Of a stretch of 64,000 bases of DNA, positions 24,401 through 36,400 are shown piece after piece; positions within the stretch are counted from its first letter, which is position 1; every line of letters begins with the position of its first letter. Position numbers and translations under genes: made by a program. The notes beneath the pieces are model-generated. The model worked only from the letters and a program-made list of their open reading frames with translations. It was not told the DNA's origin and did not search any database. The DNA comes from Asterias rubens (taxonomy: Eukaryota): NCBI RefSeq assembly GCF_902459465.1, contig NC_047066.1, forward strand, positions 7,750,001 through 7,814,000, written 5' to 3'.

Positions 24401-27400
24401 GGTACTTCCAAAAAACCTAGAAGAAACTTGAATTTTATTGGTATGCGCCTTTTTCCCAACCTTCCTCTCCCCAGAGCTTTTGCTAAGCCTCCGAAGCTTG
24501 TGCAGATGGTGTGTGAGTGTATCGTGGTGTTACGTGGCATCAGGGAGGTATCATGGAAGTCAGCAAAGGCGATGATGGCCGAGGCAAACTTCCTGAAGTC
24601 ACTTACCGAGATGGACGTGGATGGAATTGGACAGACGCAGGTATGCTGTAGCAAATTGTGGTCTCCTGCTTAAAGGACTATGACAGAATTTGTTTTTGCT
24701 AACAAAACAGTTGCTGGCAAAGCACTTTATGTATGAATTGACAAACCTGTAGAAGTTTGAGATCAATCAGCCATCTGGGTCACAGGAAAATTGTGAAAAA
24801 CAGATTACACATTTTGCATGACACTGATTACAAAAAAATGAATAAAACACTCACTGACACACTAAGCGATAAAATCCAAATTGCAAATTAGTTTTATCTA
24901 TTTTTCATCAAATATGACAGAAATGTTTCAAGGGATGTTTTCTACTATCATCATCATTAGACCGTGTAAGTTTTCTGTAAATCTGTGATCTTAGGCGATT
25001 TTTTTTCTTCTTACCAATTCTTTAACATTCATTTAACTCCAGAGGTTGCCAGATGTCATCAAAAATATTTTCTTAATATTCTTTTTTTTTAGGTCAAGAC
25101 AGTTCGAGGTTTCTTGAAGGACATGGACACAACAGCTGAGGAGATGAAGTCAGTTTCTCGCGCCGGAGCCGGTCTCTTTAAGTTTGTGTTTGCTGTGATG
25201 GGTTACTGCTCGGTCGCCAGGGAAATTAAGCCCAAGAGAGAAAAGGTATAGACCCCTCCGCTCCTATTAACACTGTAGCAAGCATACCGCCTGCAGCCGC
25301 CCTCAGAGTACTCTTGAGATCTTAGTAAACATGCGATTAATGCACAGCAAACGGTTTTGCGGTAACACCATGGCACATCCTCTCTATGATTTGTGGTGGT
25401 TTTGAAAACAACCGATGTATTAAGAACTCAATCTGAGTAAATCAGTAGTCCCGGCCAAGGTAGTAGTTAATAAGCAGAACAGTTCTCTTTAGAACTGAGA
25501 AGTCTCCTGAAGTCGGAAAAAATCTAGCTTGCGGCAGTAGAGAAGACTTCAGAATTTAAACAAAACCAACTCCATGGCAGTAGAATACATAGCAACCCAA
25601 ATTCTCAAAAGAACATACTCTACACAGCAAGTAAATATACGCATGGTGTTACCGCAAACCGAATACACATTGATACCGCACCATGCAATGCCTCAAATCC
25701 CATACACTAAACATTTCTTACATTTATCCCGTTCGTCATCTTAGGTGGCAAGGTTGGAGCGTACTTTCTACCAGTCCAAACGAGAATTGGACCGCATCAA
25801 CAACGAGGTGAAGTCTCTGGAGGATGAGCTGTCTGGCCTAGGCTCCAAGTACGAGGGAGCCATGACGGGGAAACAACAGCTGCAGGAAGAGGCTGAGATC
25901 ATGGAACGACGATTGGTCGCCGCTGACAAGCTCATCTCTGGATTGGGCTCGGAAAATGTCAGGTGAGTGATGAATGTTGTCCAGGTTGATTTTTTTTTTC
26001 AATTTTAAGGCCCTCCTTTTTTTAAGGAGATGTTGAAAATAAGGCAGTTAAAATATTATTTGAATAAATTGGCATTTCTTTTTTTCAGAACACGACATCA
26101 AATTTTGAAACACGAGGTGTATCAAGGACACTTTTGTGAAGACTTGAGTTTTTGAAACTTTTTTTTCTAAAAACAGTGGATTGTGAAGTGCATTGTTGTA
26201 AATACCTCTGACCACTCTTTTGCACCATCTTTACAAATATGAATATTAATTTTGTAAACAGAAAGAAAAGTGTGCTTTGAGGTAAGTCACTAAAGGTATA
26301 AACCTAAGTACTAATTTTGTCACCTAGACAATGACGTTTATAATATTCAAAGAAGGATGACGTGGTGACGTCTTTCCACACACCTGATCTCGATGCGAGA
26401 CTAAGAAAGCTCTATTGTCTTATCACATTCCTCCCAGATGGACCAAGGATCTTGAGGAGCTTCGTCAGCGCCGCATCCGTCTCCTCGGAGACTGCCTCAT
26501 CTCCTCAGCGTTCCTTAGCTATGTAGGAGCCTTTACCTGGGAGTATCGTGCTAAGATGGTCTACAAGGATTGGCAGGAGGACGTACTGGAGAGGTCGATT
26601 CCACTCAGCCAACCCTATAGGCTGGAGAGTCTGCTGACTGATGATGTGGAGATAAGCAGGTGTGTGAAAGTTTTGTGTGTTTTTTTCCTGTTTTTTTTTA
26701 ATGCAAGTTTGCCCCAAACAAGGCTAAAAGTCACTCTTGGTAGGGGGCAACAAGAAGAAGAAAATATTAGATGTGAATAATAACACGGGGGAGCTTAAGG
26801 TCGGAATTGATAGTCCTCTAAAAACAGTAGTAAATTGTAAGATGGAGGGAAACATGCACTAGGTTCCAAAGACATAATGCAGTACGTGGAATAAAGCTGT
26901 TGGAATGGCTTGGTGTATGGGTCGGAAGAAGCAGAAAGCGTGGTTTCACGCTCAAACATTCTATAAGGAGGAACCAGGTTGAACTCACTGTGAGGACACT
27001 TCAAATTGTGTGACAATCTTAACTTCAAAAAAATAGTTAATGGCCTGACGTTTCGACCCTAGCAGAGTCTTTCTCGAAGGCTAAATGACAACACAACAAA
27101 CATGAACAGGTAACAATCTTAACTTAGAGGAAGGGGCTCATGGAGGAGTCTTGACAGAGGACCTTTCATAGGGATTCTATCTGTTGGAAAATGAGTGCAC
27201 CACACTACTAAATAAGACCTAAGAGCACCTCTCTAAATTGACACAACTTCTACTAGAGATAAAATAATAAGAATCACAGACAAGCTTTAAAACTCGGGTC
27301 ATTAAACCAATATATCATTTGATATTAACAGATGGGGTTCAGAGGGTCTGCCACCAGACGAGCTCTCAGTCCAGAACGGTATCCTGACTACCAGAGCCAG

Positions 27401-30400
27401 TCGCTTCCCACTGTGTATTGATCCACAGCAACAGGCATTGAACTGGATCAAGAAGAAAGAAGAGCAAAACAACCTCAAGGTACCTGACTATCCACAATCA
27501 CCTGGAAAATAAGGCCCAAAAAACAAAAACATGTTTAGAGTTCCCACCCACTTCCTTTTTAGAATTAATATTCTTTATCCTCGATGCAAATTTAACATCT
27601 ATTATATCGTTGCGGTACCTGCTGCCAAAACATAGGATTCGAACTGCCTCTAGCTACCGGGCAACCTCGGTAGTCTAGTTGGTAAGACACATTCTTTATT
27701 ATTTATACCTACATGAATTTCTTTGTCTGAGCCCAAATCACTATTCCGGCAAGCATATTTGGTGAAATTCTGTATTATGATTTAGCAGTTTGTAACTCCC
27801 TGATAATTTACTTCTTTCATTTCATTTATCCTTGTTTTTTGGAGCCAAGAATTCTCAGAAATGCAAACTTATTCATTGTACTAGCCAAGAACCTCATTGA
27901 GATAAGAAACAAGAAAGACAGTTTCAGTTTCTTAATTTCTGTTTGTGTTTTTGTCTTCTTCTTCTAGGTGTGCACATTCAACGATCCTGATTTCTTGAAG
28001 CAGTTGGAGCTGGCCATCAAGTATGGCTTCCCGTTCCTCTTCCAGGATGTGGATGAATATATTGACCCTGTCATTGACAATGTCTTAGAGAAAAACATCA
28101 AAGGTAGGTGTTCAGACAACAATGAACTGCTCTACTGCGGAAAGGCTCTAAGAACAAAACAAACTTTTACATCTATTCTGTCGCATTGTCAGCCATGATG
28201 TTTTTGTCTATGTAAATCTGATGTCTGATTTTGTTCTTCTCAACAGAAAACCAGTATTACATTGAAATTTTGTTAAAAAAAAAATGCTTGTGAGATTATG
28301 TTTTCCTTTATAGAAATCATAGAAAAGAAGGTACTTATGGGCAGTAGATTTAAACAAACTTGATTGCTGATTTCTAAAGTTGTTCTCTTGAACTTCTTCC
28401 ATGTTTTCCATCTGAGGCCTCTAGTTATTGCACGGGTTGTGTGTGATGTCACATTTACATTAGTGCCCTGGTCCCATTTTCATAGAGCTGCTAAGCACAA
28501 AAATTTGCTAAACATGAAACTTTTGCCTTGATAAAAACAGTACTACCAGACCCAAATTTCCACGTGAATTTCAGAATAAGCAAACAACAGCTGAATACCA
28601 GTAACAAGCAATATGCAACAAATGGAAATTTGGTTGGTAATCCTGTTTTTTATCAAGGAAGAAATTTCATGCTAAGCAATTTTTTTGTGCTGAGCAGCTC
28701 TATGAAATTGGGCCTGGTCTTTGGTCCAATAACATTCCTGTAATCTTTCTCAGCTCCCTGAGAAGTATACAACCTGGGCAACTGCAGCGCTCCAAAGGCT
28801 TTTTCATGTGCAATATCAACCTCTACCCTGGCAGTTACCCATTTATGCCCCTTGGTGAATAGAAGAAAGTACAGCATCTTGCTCAAGGACACAAGTGTCA
28901 TGTCCAGGGTTCGAACCCACAATCAGATAACCCACCCACGAGAACTTGAGTTCCGATCTCTAAACCACTAGGCCATGACACAAAATATCCTGCCGGTTGT
29001 GTAGAGATGGATACATTTCTCATTGACCTTTTTATCCTCGTTTGTCAGGTGCTGCTGGGCGTGAGTTCATCATACTCGGAGACAAGGAGGTAGACTATGA
29101 TCCTAACTTCAGACTGTACCTCAACACCAAGCTGGCTAACCCCAAGTACACCCCGTCAGTCTTTGGTAAAGCCATGGTCATCAACTACACTGTCACACTC
29201 AAGGTTGGTAGAATTAAAAGGGTTTTGATACCTTTTGTTGATCAAGTTTTTGGGCCATGACATGAATCCCTACTAACTGTGAATAAAGCTGTATGTAATA
29301 CGTTTTTGAGAAAAAAAAATTGGAAATCACAGAGCATCTTAAGTCCATTGTACAAGCTATAATAATTGTTGTCTCACTGAGACAAAATTATTTTTGTGAA
29401 GTTGTTGGCGAACAGAAACATTCTGTTTTCAAGAAACACATGTATTTGTGGTTTTTGCTTTATTTTTTCAAACTTAGTTTCACGTAACGACCCTTGTGAT
29501 TATTACGAGAATGAAATTGCTATTACAGTGAGCCTATGGATAGGGTGTCTCTAAAAACCTTACAACATTAATTTCCCTCCGAGCAATATTTTAAATCCAA
29601 CTTCTGTACATGGTGTTACTGCGAACCTTACTACATTGTATTCCTACCGTGCAAAGCTCCAAATCCTACTTCAAGGTAATTAAGTCGGTCTCTCTTGTGT
29701 TCTTACAATCCTCGCTAGGGTCTTGAAGACCAACTCCTCAGCGTCATCGTGGGCTTCGAGCGCAAGGAACTGGAGGAACAACGAGAACGTCTCATCCAGG
29801 AGACCAGCGAGAATAAGAAACTTCTGAAAGATCTTGAAGACTCTTTGCTCCGTGAGCTGGCGACATCGACAGGCAACATGTTGGATAACGTAGAGCTTGT
29901 ACAGACGCTGGAGGAAACCAAATCCAAAGCCACAGAGGTGAGGTTGTCATTGTTTTTTACAACCAGGGACCTGTTTCATAGAGCTGGTTAATTGATTGAT
30001 TGATTTGGCTTATTGCTAAGTATACAATAGAAACTGCCTTGGATCTCTTGCTTTGAAAGACAATAAATACAGAAAATATTGTTTACAATTGAGGATTATC
30101 TTATATTAAGCCTTAAAAAGTTGCTAATCATAACAAAAATATGCTTACTAGAATAAGCTTACCAGCTAAAATTATGTGTACAAACTGTAACTGGTATCTT
30201 GCTTAGTTTTGCTTAGTAGAAAAATGTTAAGCAATGTTTTCTGCTTCAATGTAACTGCTCTCCCAACTGCCAATCCCTAGAAAGATGAGCAAAATAACAA
30301 CTGGTTTTTACTCAGAGTCACCTTTTCTTTCATGATTATCACATATGAATTAGTTTCCAACATGCAAAGCCTCAACATAATGTGACAAGTAAAGTAATAT

Positions 30401-33400
30401 TTCCAAGTCAATTAAATAAATTATACTAATAATATTTCTCACCTTCTCAAGAAGATGGTCACAGCAAACTGAGAGCCACCACTACTTACAAATTTTTTTT
30501 TTTACATGGCGCCACCGCAAACCTTACTTAGTTAGTATTTTTCCACCATGCATAGCGTTAAGTCTTATCTCCCCTTCTCTTCCCGAACCTAGGTTGCAGA
30601 CAAACTGAAGCTCGCCGCCAAGACGGCCATCGACATCGACAAGCTACGTGACGGCTACCGGCCAGCCGCTAAGCGCGGTGCCATCCTCTTCTTTGTCCTC
30701 TCTGAGATGGCTCTGATCAACACCATGTACCAATACTCCTTGGCTGCTTACCTGGATGTCTTCCAGTTCTCCCTGAAGAAGAGTCTTCCGGACTCCATCT
30801 TGGTGAAGAGGTTGAGGAACATCATGGACACACTGACACATAATGTTTATAACTACGCTTGTACTGGTAAGTTCAGAGAAGCCAACATTTACAATTTAGG
30901 CATAGCTTATGATTAGCTCATCCGAAAGATATTTGCGAGTTGGATTTGAATGTTGTCTGACTTGCTTTGTCTAAAGCTAAGCATGATTTGTACAATTTGT
31001 TCATCCTAAAGCCATTTATGAGTTGGATTTTAATAAAAATTGTAGGTTTCACCACTTTCTGCTCACTAAAAGCATTGACAAATCACTGCTTTTCAAAACA
31101 AAGTACAAAAAGTAAACAAGTTTGCGCCATTTAAATCGTGTGTGTAAAGTCTATTTTATAGTGAAGTAAATATTTGTTAATTGCATTGTATTTAAAGGTA
31201 GAGTATACTTTGGGTAATTGTCAAAGACCAGTATCATCACTTGGTGTATCCCAACATAGGCTATGCACAAAATAACAAACCTGTGAAAATTTGAGCTCAA
31301 TTGGACGTCGAAGTTGCATGAAAATAATGAAGGAAAAAAAACACTTGTTGGTAAAAAATCACCTCTTTCTCTACAGTAAACTCAACTACATTACCTCGGG
31401 GGTCGTTTCTTACAATATTGTACAACATCAACAGCTTTCCAGTGCTTTTAATGAAGTATATTCTTATGGTCATTACTTTTTCGGTATAACCTTTCTTCAA
31501 GAGCAACATTTTAAAGATGCCATTTTCTTTCCACAGGATTGTTTGAGAAGCACAAGCTGCTCTTCTCGTTCCAGATGACCATCAAGCTGGAGCAGAGCGA
31601 GGACCAGCTGCCCCAGGACGAGTTGGACTTCTTCATCAAGGGGAACCTCTCCTTAGAGAAGAGCAAACGTGCCCGGCCTCACATGTGGATCCCCGAGCAG
31701 GGATGGGAGGACATCATCAAGTGTTCCCAGATGGCCGACGTCTTCTCGACGCTACCGGACGATGTTGAGAAGAATAACACAATGTGGAAGGAGGTCAGAA
31801 GAAAAAAAGTGGATTTATTAGTAGTTTTTAATAAATATAGTTTGGTTTTTATCATTACATTGATATGTATTAAGCACTGTATACAAACCATTTTGCATTG
31901 CGAGTTGTTTATGACTATATGTTGAATATAATTTTGAGGTCACAGGTATACCAGTCCCGCTCTAGTCAATTTTATTTTGTTCAAGCCTAAAGTTGTTTAA
32001 AATTTATCCAGTTTCCCTTGCGGTTTATTACTTGCTATTTAAAATAAAAAGTGGCATCTCCTTACAGTGATCCCTCTGGCGCTGCCGCTTCCCGGTATAC
32101 AGTGGTACTTGTAAACAGTGGTACGATTTAGACAGACCCGAGGAGAGCCCCTTCCCGGGTAAATACGGGAGAGCCCCTTCCCGGGTTGTATCGTAACCTT
32201 GGGTCTGACTGGCACGTGCCCCCAAGCAAGAATATTGAGAAAATAGAGAGACCGCCAGTATCGGGCTAGTCTGTTTGTAGTGCCCTGGCAAATTATTCTG
32301 GAGGTCGCAGGTCCCACTCTAGTAAATTTTCTTTTTCTTTGTTCAACCTCAAATTATTTGAAATATTTTAACAACATTGGTACCAAACTTGATTCATACC
32401 ATTGATGACTTGTTTAGGGGTCAATTGGAGTTGGGACTAGTCCTAGGAGATATTACAAACTTAAGGCTAGTTCTAAGTAAGGGCAGGGAACTCGAGAGAA
32501 GACTAGTTCTTTGTGAAATCCACCCCAGAATTGATAACTTGATTTATTTCAAGGCCATTCCAAATCAGTATTAATTTCCTCTCCTCTCTTGTAAACAGTG
32601 GTACGATTTAGACACTCCCGAGGAGAGCCCCTTCCCGGGTAAATACAAAGACACCCTCTCCGAGTTCCAACGCCTCCTCCTACTCCGCTGTTTCCGTATC
32701 GACCGCGTCTACCGCGCCGTCACCGACTACGTCACCTCTCGCATGGGAGAGAAGTACGTCACACCACCGGTCATCAGCTTCGAGTCGATCTTTGAGCAGA
32801 GTACGCCTTTCTCCCCGATTGTCTTTATCCTGAGTCCTGGTTCCGATCCCGCTAGTGATCTGACGAAGCTGGCGGAGAGGTCAGGGTTCGGGGGTAACAA
32901 GCTGAAGTTCCTTTCCATGGGACAGGGCCAAGAAAAGGTGAGTCATAAATAACGATCGTAATCAATCCTATTTTGCGTCGAGGCTAAAAAGAATATTGTT
33001 TTTGTATGACACCGATGTGTGTAAGGCTCTGTATTGAACCAAATCAGCTGACGCCATCATCAGAATAATCTTGGATGCATCATATTGGTGGCCAATGTCA
33101 CTGTGCGTTATTCAGTGAAGGGCGCATTTTAGGCGACGCGTCGTTTACACGTAAACCTATGTGCCCATCAAAATGGTGAGCGTGGCACAGTTGCGCGTGT
33201 GATGCACGTGCAAGGGGTCAATACTCGGCACTTTTCAGAGTTCTCTAAGAATGAGTACATCCAATTACTCGGATGGGATTCGAACCCACAAACTTTGCCA
33301 TTATAGACCAAATATCTTACCACTATACCACATTTTATATAATTCTCATTGGGTTAGTTCTTCCTTTTACTCCAGTCATCTTTGTCAGCTTCTTACCTTT

Positions 33401-36400
33401 TTTTTTATGGGATGCTGGAGTCGAGGAAAATAAAACAGTTTTGATACGTACCTGACAAGTTCTCAAAAGAACATAGTCTACCCAGCAAGTAGATTCATAC
33501 ATGGTCTTACCGAAAACCAAATATTGACCCAATTCACCTGACGTCATCATCAGAATTATCTTGACGCACCCTTTTGGTGGGCAATGTCACTGTGCGTTAT
33601 TCAGTGAGGTGCGCACCCATGGGGAAGCGGCGTTTACACGTAAACCTAATGAACACCAAAATGGTGAGCGTGGCACAGTTGCCGCGTGTGACATGCGTGC
33701 AAGGGGTCAATACATTCATACCTAACAAGTTTTTTAACCAAACCAAATTCTCTTTTATTGAATAAGTATAGTCTTCACCTCATAATTTTTCAATCGGGAT
33801 GCTCTGACTACATGCAGAAGAATTAATTTCATATTTGACAACCGCCTCCTTCATCCCACCCCAGGTTGCTCTTCAACTTCTTGAGACGGCTATCGCCCGC
33901 GGCCAGTGGCTCATGCTTCAGAACTGTCATCTTCTCGCCAAGTGGCTACGAGACCTGGAGAAGGCACTGGAGAGGATCGTCAAGCCACATCCTGACTTCA
34001 GGCTGTGGCTGACCACCGATCCAACACCGGCTTTCCCCATCGGTATCCTGCAGAGGTCACTCAAGGTCAGTGGCTGGCGTTGTAGACGTTGCGATTTTAA
34101 CCTCTTAGAGCATATAAGAGCATGGGCGTGACACACAAGCTTGCACCTGTGCTTTTAAGACAGTTTCTTCATTCCTATTGGTCGAGAAACAGCCGGGACA
34201 GTTGTGCCACATCACGCGATACACGCGACGCGCACAGCATTCCCTTATAAGGAGATGTTTACCCGAGGGCGGCGGAGGGCCTTACCATTTCATAGCTGGA
34301 GGGGTGTTACGTTGAATGAAATAATTATAATTTTAATTTTTGCACTTATTTTACTTTTTGACCAAAAGTGTTGATGTTTTTTGACCGAAAAGGTATTTAT
34401 GAATTGGAATCAAAGTGTTTTGAATCGGTTTTCAACTAGTGGTTTAAACCTGACGAGGCCTGGTTCTTGATAATTTACCTCGACTTCGTCTCGGTAAAAT
34501 TATCAAGAACCAGGTCTCGTTGGGATTAAACCACCAGTTGAAAACCTCTTCACCACACATTGATTCCCTTATTGATAATTTACTGATATATTAATGACCT
34601 TCATAATTGTCAATGCTCAGGTGGTGACAGAACCGCCCAACGGTCTGAAGCTCAACCTCCGCAGTAGCTACCATAAGATCTCCGCCCAGGTCCTTGAAGA
34701 CTGCCCTCACAACGCCTTCAAGCCTCTAGTCTTTGTCCTTGCCTTCTTCCACGCTGTCGTCCAGGAGCGCCGAAAGTACGGCAAGATTGGCTGGAACGTG
34801 CCATATGACTTCAACGAGTCTGACTTTAGAGTCTGTATGGATATCCTGATGACGTACCTGACTAAGACGTTCGAGCAGGGAGACCCTAAGATACCCTGGA
34901 ACAGTCTGAAGTATCTTATTGGTGAGGTAAGCAGGCACGACGCTCTCCCTAGTTTAGTCTAATTTCTGATTCTGGTGCTTTTAAAAAAAATATTGACAAA
35001 TTGTGATTAGAAAAGTCTATTAAAGCCTTCACCGTGAGTACATGTAGATCAAAATCCTGCCTGGGTAAGATAAAAATAAAAACACAAAACTTAGAAGGTT
35101 TCATGTTTTTAGAGGTAAATGATGATGAAACATCCAAAACCGCGCAATGAGAGCCAACGTTGATTGGAGCTCAAAAAGGTGGGGCCGGGACATTTTTTAG
35201 CCTGATATTTACAAAAAAATGATATGACAACAAAAAAATGAAGGCTTTCAAAAAAATGTGCACACACAGTGAACATAATAGGGCATAAAAAAAAGGGGGG
35301 GAAACGGCTTTTTTATTGCGGGGGACCAACGAGATTGGCCGGGATTGTAGAGCATTCCAGAGTATAAATCTTTGCCTGTTTCTAATTGTAGGTGATGTAC
35401 GGGGGCCGTGCCATCGACAACTTTGACCGGCGTGTTCTTAATACCTACATGGATGAGTACATGGGTGACTTCATCTTCGATGCGTTCCAGCCGTTTCACT
35501 TCTACAGTAATAAGGAGGTAGACTACTGCATCCCTGAGATTGGTCCCAAGGATAACTACATACGTAAGAACAGATTTTTCAGATCTTAAATTCTGAAATT
35601 TTTACATTGACTTTGACTTTGTGAATGGCGTTTTTGTCAGATACTGCGCGCTTTATAAGTGCTGGTTATTATTATCATTAAGACCATTGTCCAATTTTAA
35701 ATGCTGCTGAGCAGAAAATAATGTTGAGCAAATTTCTATGATCAGCAAAACAAAAAAGCAAGGCATTGGTTGCAATAATGTGAGTTTTATAGTATTTTAA
35801 CATAAGGCTGTGTGGTACACAAGAAATGTATTAACAAAGTCTATGGGAAATTGTTACGTGCAGGGACGAAAGAAAGAACAAAAAAGTCTCCACAGGGATG
35901 CATTTTTGAGAATGTGCGTCCATAGAGTCTATGCAACACAGAATATGTGCATTGTTACGTCTTTGTTGAATTCTTAGCCGAATAAACACGCATAATAAAC
36001 AACCACATGTTTTCTCAATTCAATTCAATTCAATTCGTATTTAATGGTCCAACCATTGAGGAAAATTACTTTGCATACATGCAATACACAAAAATAATGT
36101 AAAGATGTAATATGACAGAGAATAGCAGCGATTGGTCACAGCAACATTTATCACAATTAAGTTGACCTCATTCTTGGTAATATATTCTTGTTGATTCCCC
36201 CCAGTGATGATATTTGTCAGACTTTTATCTGAATTCAGATTTTTTACCCCAGTCTGGCGAAGAAAATACTTTTTCCGTAGTTTAAGAAAATCCTGCTTTT
36301 TGATCTACTTCTCTAGTGCTGAGAACACTGCTTCTAAAAGCTCAGTGGCGTCTATAACTCCAGGGGTTACCGAACAGGTGGAAAAGCCATAATTTCAACA

